In this document: positions 59,270 through 64,000 of the stretch, one piece after another
How the letters are laid out: every line of letters starts with the position of its first letter
Numbering within the stretch: the stretch's first letter is position 1
Assembly (NCBI RefSeq): GCF_055900595.2
Contig: NZ_CM148325.1
Length of the DNA: 64,000 nucleotides
Direction: 5' to 3' (one strand)
The notes under the pieces: generated by a model
What the model saw: the letters and a program-made list of their open reading frames with translations, nothing else
Told to the model about the DNA's origin: nothing
Databases searched by the model: none
Program-made: the position numbers and the translations under genes

Positions 59270-60490
59270 ATGTCTATTTATAAAATCCCTCTTCCGCTGA
59301 ATATTTTAGAAGCTGCACAGGAACGTATTACCTGGACACTTAACACATTGCCCCGTGTTTGCGTTTCTTTTTCGAGGGGTAAAGATTCCGGATTAATGCT
59401 GCATCTTACCGCCGAACTTGCCAGAAAATTGGGAAAAAAAATCTGCGTTTTGTTTATCGACTGGGAAGCACAGTTCTCTTGTACCATCGACTATGTACAG
59501 TCGTTACGCGAGTTGTATACCGACGTTATTGAAGAGTTTTACTGGGTAGCACTCCCACTCAAGACGCAAAATTCCCTTTCACAATACCAACCAGAATGGC
59601 AGTGCTGGGAATCTGATGTCGAATGGGTGCGTCAGCCCCCGCAAGAAGCGATAACCGATCCTGACTTTTTCTCCTTTTACCAGCCAGGCATGACCTTCGA
59701 ACAATTTGTACGTGAGTTTGCCGAATGGTTTTCACAAAAACGTCCGGCGGCGATGATGATCGGCATCCGTGCGGATGAGTCCTACAACCGTTTTGTCGCC
59801 ATCGCCAGTTTAAGTAAACAACGTTTTGCCGATGATAAGCCCTGGACCACAGCCGCACCAGGCGGTCACAGCTGGTACATTTACCCCATCTACGACTGGA
59901 AAGTAGCTGATATCTGGACCTGGTATGCTAATCATAAATCCCTATGTAACCCATTGTATAATATCATGTATCAGGCAGGCGTTCCCCTGCGTCATATGCG
60001 AATTTGCGAACCTTTTGGCCCGGAGCAACGGCAAGGATTATGGCTCTATCACGTTATCGAACCGGATCGCTGGGCTGCTATGTGCGCACGAGTTAGCGGG
60101 GTAAAAAGTGGCGGCATTTACGCCGGACATGACAATCATTTTTATGGTCATCGGAAAATCCTCAAACCAGAGCATTTAGACTGGCAAGAGTATGCATTAT
60201 TGCTGCTTGATAGCATGCCGGAGAAAACGGCTGAGCATTACCGCAACAAAATTGCCATTTACTTGCATTGGTATCAGAAAAAAGGTGTCGAGGTGCCACA
60301 GACCCAGCACGGGGACATTGGCGCGAAAGATATCCCCTCCTGGCGGCGAATTTGCAAGGTGTTACTGAATAACGATTACTGGTGTCGGGCATTATCATTT
60401 AGCCCAACCAAAGCGAAGAATTATCAGCGTTATAACGAACGGATAAAAGTAAAACGTCAGGAGTGGGGAATACTATGCAACAACAATTAA
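59270..60490 (+). CDS. ybdN: PAPS-reductase-like (PP-loop ATP pyrophosphatase superfamily) protein with C-terminal extension
   Basis: 406 aa; PP-loop-type motif SFSRGKDSG near the N-terminus. Confidence 0.85.
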   Translation: MSIYKIPLPLNILEAAQERITWTLNTLPRVCVSFSRGKDSGLMLHLTAELARKLGKKICVLFIDWEAQFSCTIDYVQSLRELYTDVIEEFYWVALPLKTQNSLSQYQPEWQCWESDVEWVRQPPQEAITDPDFFSFYQPGMTFEQFVREFAEWFSQKRPAAMMIGIRADESYNRFVAIASLSKQRFADDKPWTTAAPGGHSWYIYPIYDWKVADIWTWYANHKSLCNPLYNIMYQAGVPLRHMRICEPFGPEQRQGLWLYHVIEPDRWAAMCARVSGVKSGGIYAGHDNHFYGHRKILKPEHLDWQEYALLLLDSMPEKTAEHYRNKIAIYLHWYQKKGVEVPQTQHGDIGAKDIPSWRRICKVLLNNDYWCRALSFSPTKAKNYQRYNERIKVKRQEWGILCNNN

Positions 60491-61092
60491 CGCAGGATTT
60501 AACCCAATTTCTCGCCAGCTTGCCGGAAGACGATCGCATCAAAGCGATTAACGAAATCCGCCTGGCGATCCATCAGGTTAGCCCCTTTCGTGAAGAGCCA
60601 GTAGATTGTGTTCTGTGGGTTAAAAACAGCCAACTTATGCCAAATGATTACAACCCAAACAATGTGGCACCGCCCGAGAAAAAACTGTTACAAAAATCCA
60701 TTGAGATAGATGGTTTTACCCAACCTATTGTGGTCACGCACACAGATAAAAATGCTCTGGAAATCGTGGATGGCTTTCACCGTCATGAAATTGGTAAAGG
60801 CTCTAACACGTTAAAAATGCGATTAAAAGGATATTTACCGGTCACCTGTCTGGAAGGAACACGTAACGAACGCATCGCCGCGACTATTCGTCATAACCGC
60901 GCTCGTGGACGCCACCAAATTACAGCCATGTCAGAAATCGTTCGTGAACTCAGCCAGTTAGGATGGGACGACAATAAAATCGGCAAAGAGCTGGGTATGG
61001 ACAGCGACGAAGTGTTGCGCCTGAAACAAATTAACGGCCTGCAAGAGTTATTTGCTGACCGTCAATATTCCCGCGCCTGGACAGTAAAATAA
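60463..61092 (+). CDS. ybdM: ParB/Srx-like domain protein
   Basis: 209 aa; overlaps the ybdN 3' end by 28 nt; Arg-rich ParB-like region (ATIRHNRARGRHQ); start may instead be the internal ATG at 60475. Confidence 0.8.
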   Translation: MGNTMQQQLTQDLTQFLASLPEDDRIKAINEIRLAIHQVSPFREEPVDCVLWVKNSQLMPNDYNPNNVAPPEKKLLQKSIEIDGFTQPIVVTHTDKNALEIVDGFHRHEIGKGSNTLKMRLKGYLPVTCLEGTRNERIAATIRHNRARGRHQITAMSEIVRELSQLGWDDNKIGKELGMDSDEVLRLKQINGLQELFADRQYSRAWTVK

Positions 61093-62253
61093 TTACAGCT
61101 GGCGCAGGCGTTCAGCTGCCGCCAGCAACGTCGATTCCTTCTTGGCAAAACAGAGACGAATGAGCTTATGGGGGAAGGGATCGGCGCAAAATACCGACAG
61201 CGGGATCGCCGCCACGCCATGCTCCCGCGTCAGCCACTGGCAAAACTCAACGTCATCCAGCGAAGAAACCGCGCTGTAATCCACCAGCAAAAAGTAAGTG
61301 CCTTCGCACGGTAAAATCTCCAGCCGACTCTCACTTAAGGCGTTCACCAGAATATCGCGCTTCTGGCGATAAAAGTCCGGTAACGCAAGGTAGTGTTCAG
61401 GTTCTGCTCGCAGCATATCGGCAAGGGCCAGCTGCGCCGGGGTATTCACCGAAAAAGTCAGATACTGATGCACTTTGCGGATCTCGGCGCTGATGGGCGC
61501 AGGCGCAACGCAATAGCCCACTTTCCAGCCGGTCATATGATAGGTCTTGCCAAACGATGACACCGCCACCGCCCGCTCACGCAGTTGCGGATGCGCCAGC
61601 ACACTGGCATGGCCCTGCTGTGAAAAGTTGATATGCTCGTAAACTTCATCGCTAATGACAAAAATCTCGTGCCCGGCAATTGCCTGCCACAAAGCGGAAA
61701 AATCAGTCTGCTGCCAGACAGTAGCACTGGGGTTATGCGGGGTGTTAAGGATCACCAGTCGGGTGCGCTCGCTTAACAATGCGGCAAATTCCTGCCAGTC
61801 CACGCGAAAATGCGGTGGTTGCAGTGCAATACGTTTCACTATTCCACCCGCAAGCGTGATGGCGGGGGCGTAACTGTCATAGCTGGGATCAAAGCAAATC
61901 ACTTCATCGCCATTGCGCACCAATGCAGTAATCGCTGCGTACAGCGCTTCCGTCGCCCCTGCTGTTACGGTGATATCGCTGTCGGCATCTGGTTGATAGC
62001 CATACAGCCGTTCCGTTTTCTGAACAATCGCCTCGCGCAAGGCCTGCACGCCGGTCATGGGTGCGTATTGGTTTGCTCCGTGGGCAACGTGGTACGCCAG
62101 CCGTTCCTGCAAATAGCGCGGACCATCAAAATCAGGAAAGCCTTGCGACAGGTTAATCGCCTGGTGTTGCTGCGCCAGTGCGCTCATCTGGGTGAAAATA
62201 GTGGTGCCAAGTTGTGGAAGTTTGCTTTGTGGAATCAGAGGGTTATTTGTCAT
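61093..62253 (-). CDS. ybdL: Methionine-oxo-acid aminotransferase (PLP-dependent, class I)
   Basis: 386 aa from the ATG at 62253 (MTNNPLIPQSKLPQLG); PLP-Lys context SSFGKTYHMTGWKVG. Confidence 0.9.
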   Translation of the reverse strand: MTNNPLIPQSKLPQLGTTIFTQMSALAQQHQAINLSQGFPDFDGPRYLQERLAYHVAHGANQYAPMTGVQALREAIVQKTERLYGYQPDADSDITVTAGATEALYAAITALVRNGDEVICFDPSYDSYAPAITLAGGIVKRIALQPPHFRVDWQEFAALLSERTRLVILNTPHNPSATVWQQTDFSALWQAIAGHEIFVISDEVYEHINFSQQGHASVLAHPQLRERAVAVSSFGKTYHMTGWKVGYCVAPAPISAEIRKVHQYLTFSVNTPAQLALADMLRAEPEHYLALPDFYRQKRDILVNALSESRLEILPCEGTYFLLVDYSAVSSLDDVEFCQWLTREHGVAAIPLSVFCADPFPHKLIRLCFAKKESTLLAAAERLRQL

Positions 62254-62361
62254 TTTTATTGTGCCTGACAAAGTTGCGTGTTGAAGCCACTATAACACGA
62301 TGCTAGTATTTGGCAATCAAGACGTTTAGATGTCTAAATAAAACAATAAGGACAACACAAC

Positions 62362-63450
62362 ATGCCTCACAATCCTATCCGCGTCGTCGTTGGCCCTGCT
62401 AACTACTTTTCTCATCCCGGCAGTCTCAATCACCTGCATGATTTTTTCACTGATGAACAACTTTCTCGCGCAGTGTGGATCTACGGTGAACGTGCACTTG
62501 CCGCGGCGCAAACCAAACTTCCATCGGCGTTTGAACTGCCAGGAGCAAAGCATATTTTGTTTCGCGGTCATTGCAGTGAAAGCAATGTGCAACAACTGGC
62601 GGCTGAGTCCGGTGACGATCGCAGCGTGGTGATTGGCGTCGGCGGCGGCGCACTGCTCGACACCGCGAAAGCCCTCGCCCGCCGTCTCGGTCTGCCGTTT
62701 GTTGCCGTTCCAACGATTGCCGCTACCTGCGCTGCCTGGACACCACTCTCTGTCTGGTACAACGATGCCGGACAGGCGCTACATTATGAGATTTTTGACG
62801 ACGCCAATTTTATGGTGCTGGTGGAACCGGAGATAATCCTCAATGCGCCGCAAGAATATCTGCTGGCAGGAATCGGTGACACGCTGGCGAAATGGTATGA
62901 AGCGGTGGTGCTGGCTCCTCAGCCAGAAACGCTGCCGCTAACCGTGCGGCTGGGAATCAATAATGCGCAGGTCATTCGCGACGCCTTGTTAAACAGTAGC
63001 GAACAGGCGCTTGCCGATCAGCAAAATCAGCAGTTAACGCAATCATTTTGCGATGTGGTCGATGCGATTATCGCCGGAGGCGGAATGGTCGGTGGTCTGG
63101 GCGATCGTTTTACGCGTGTGGCGGCGGCCCATGCCGTGCATAACGGTCTGACCGTTTTGCCGCAAACCGAGAAGTTTCTCCACGGCACCAAAGTCGCCTA
63201 CGGAATTCTGGTGCAAAGCGCCTTGCTGGGTCAGGATGATGTGCTGGCGCAATTAACCGGGGCGCATCAGCGTTTTCATCTGCCGACCACGCTGGCGGAG
63301 CTGGAAGTGGATATCAATAATCAGGCAGAGATCGACAAAGTGATTGCGCACACCTTGCGTCCGGCGGAATCCATTCATTACCTGCCGGTCACGCTGACAC
63401 CAGATACGTTGCGTGCAGCGTTCGAAAAAGTGGAATCGTTTAAAGTCTGA
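62362..63450 (+). CDS. ybdH: Iron-containing alcohol dehydrogenase / glycerol dehydrogenase-family oxidoreductase (hydroxycarboxylate dehydrogenase)
   Basis: 362 aa; NAD-binding motif GVGGGALLDTAKA. Confidence 0.85.
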   Translation: MPHNPIRVVVGPANYFSHPGSLNHLHDFFTDEQLSRAVWIYGERALAAAQTKLPSAFELPGAKHILFRGHCSESNVQQLAAESGDDRSVVIGVGGGALLDTAKALARRLGLPFVAVPTIAATCAAWTPLSVWYNDAGQALHYEIFDDANFMVLVEPEIILNAPQEYLLAGIGDTLAKWYEAVVLAPQPETLPLTVRLGINNAQVIRDALLNSSEQALADQQNQQLTQSFCDVVDAIIAGGGMVGGLGDRFTRVAAAHAVHNGLTVLPQTEKFLHGTKVAYGILVQSALLGQDDVLAQLTGAHQRFHLPTTLAELEVDINNQAEIDKVIAHTLRPAESIHYLPVTLTPDTLRAAFEKVESFKV

Positions 63451-63459
63451 CGTACAGAT

Positions 63460-63657
63460 TTAGCAGCAGCGCGCGCCACCTTTTCCACCGTAGCGCGCGT
63501 CCTGCCGCTCACGGAAAAACTCCTCGTAGGTCATCGGCGTTTGATCGGGATGGTTAACCCGCATATGTTCGACATAGTTGTCGTAATCGGGCATACCAAT
63601 CATCAGCTTCGCTGCCTGACCTAAATATTTTCCGGCTTTTGCCAGTGAATCAAACAT
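63460..63657 (-). CDS. ybdD: Small DUF466 protein encoded downstream of cstA
   Basis: 65 aa from the ATG at 63657 ([33 protein letters not shown]...GGARCC). Confidence 0.85.
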   Translation of the reverse strand: MFDSLAKAGKYLGQAAKLMIGMPDYDNYVEHMRVNHPDQTPMTYEEFFRERQDARYGGKGGARCC

Positions 63658-63718
63658 CAATACCTCCGGTAATCAGATTGCTGAGAGAGTGCATTAATAG
63701 CTATCAACGCGCTCGGTC

Positions 63719-63795
63719 AGTCCCCTCGCCCCACCGGGGAGAGGGTTAGGGTGAGGGGGAACCCTAGGCACTACGCCAACATCCCCCTCACTCTG
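63719..63795. repeat. GC-rich imperfect palindromic intergenic repeat (BoxC-like; family assignment uncertain)
   Basis: tcccctcgccccaccggggagagggttagggtgagggggaaccc...atccccctcactct: G/C-tract dyad symmetry in the cstA-ybdD spacer. Confidence 0.45.
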
Positions 63796-63798
63796 ACT

Positions 63799-64000
63799 TT
63801 AGTGCGCGCCTTTCGCCTGCGCCACGATCTCCTCGACATTTTCCGGCATTGGCTCATACGGCGTTTCTTTCGCCGTTGGCTTCGGCTCTTTCAATGCCGC
63901 CAGTGCCGTCTTAATCGAGAACAGCGCCAGAACCACCACGACCACCATAAAGAAGATGGTTAACCCGGCATCCAGACGGTTGTTGAACACCAGTTGCGCC
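63799..64000 (-). CDS. cstA: Carbon starvation / pyruvate transporter CstA family, C-terminal fragment (gene continues beyond the window end)
   Basis: Reading frame open to the window edge; hydrophobic C-terminal TM segment (TIFFMVVVVVLALF); the ybdD-after-cstA arrangement matches known synteny. Confidence 0.7.
   Translation of the reverse strand, partial: AQLVFNNRLDAGLTIFFMVVVVVLALFSIKTALAALKEPKPTAKETPYEPMPENVEEIVAQAKGAH

Noticed and set aside
63751-63963. 70-aa ORF (MRGNPRHYANIPLTLTLVRAF...) overlapping the cstA 3' end
   Set aside because: It reads through the GC-rich palindromic repeat and antisense to cstA; low-complexity Arg-rich product typical of a spurious ORF.

Overview
This window is a contiguous enterobacterial (Escherichia coli-type) core-chromosome segment. 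Gene order and protein N-termini match, from memory, the E. coli K-12 ubiF-to-cstA interval in inverted orientation: ubiF, miaB-ybeZ-ybeY-corC-lnt, gltIJKL, rihA, hscC, djlC-ybeU, ybeT, djlB-ybeR, ybeQ, ybeL, leuS-lptE-holA-nadD-cobC, rsfS-rlmH-mrdA-mrdB-rlpA, dacA, ybeD-lipB, ybeF, lipA, tatE, ybeM, crcB, cspE, pagP, dcuC, dpiAB, citCDEFXG-citT, rna, rnk, uspG, ahpCF, dsbG, ybdO, ybdN-ybdM, ybdL, ybdH, ybdD and the 3' end of cstA. Coding density is high, and I found no IS elements, prophage genes, CRISPR arrays, tRNAs or rRNAs. The clearest candidate for something undescribed is a 645-aa ORF (7159..9096, minus strand) between lnt and gltI that fuses a rhomboid intramembrane serine-protease core to a C-terminal beta-propeller-like domain; as I recall, K-12 carries an IS5 copy at this position instead. 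Other points worth a second look are the tandemly duplicated DUF1266 / J-domain-like / Sel1-repeat modules next to hscC, the overlapping ybdN-ybdM pair (PP-loop ATP-pyrophosphatase-like plus ParB-like), and an intact ybeM. All gene names are assigned from recognition of sequence and synteny; no database search was run, and the coordinates of small RNA and regulatory features are approximate.
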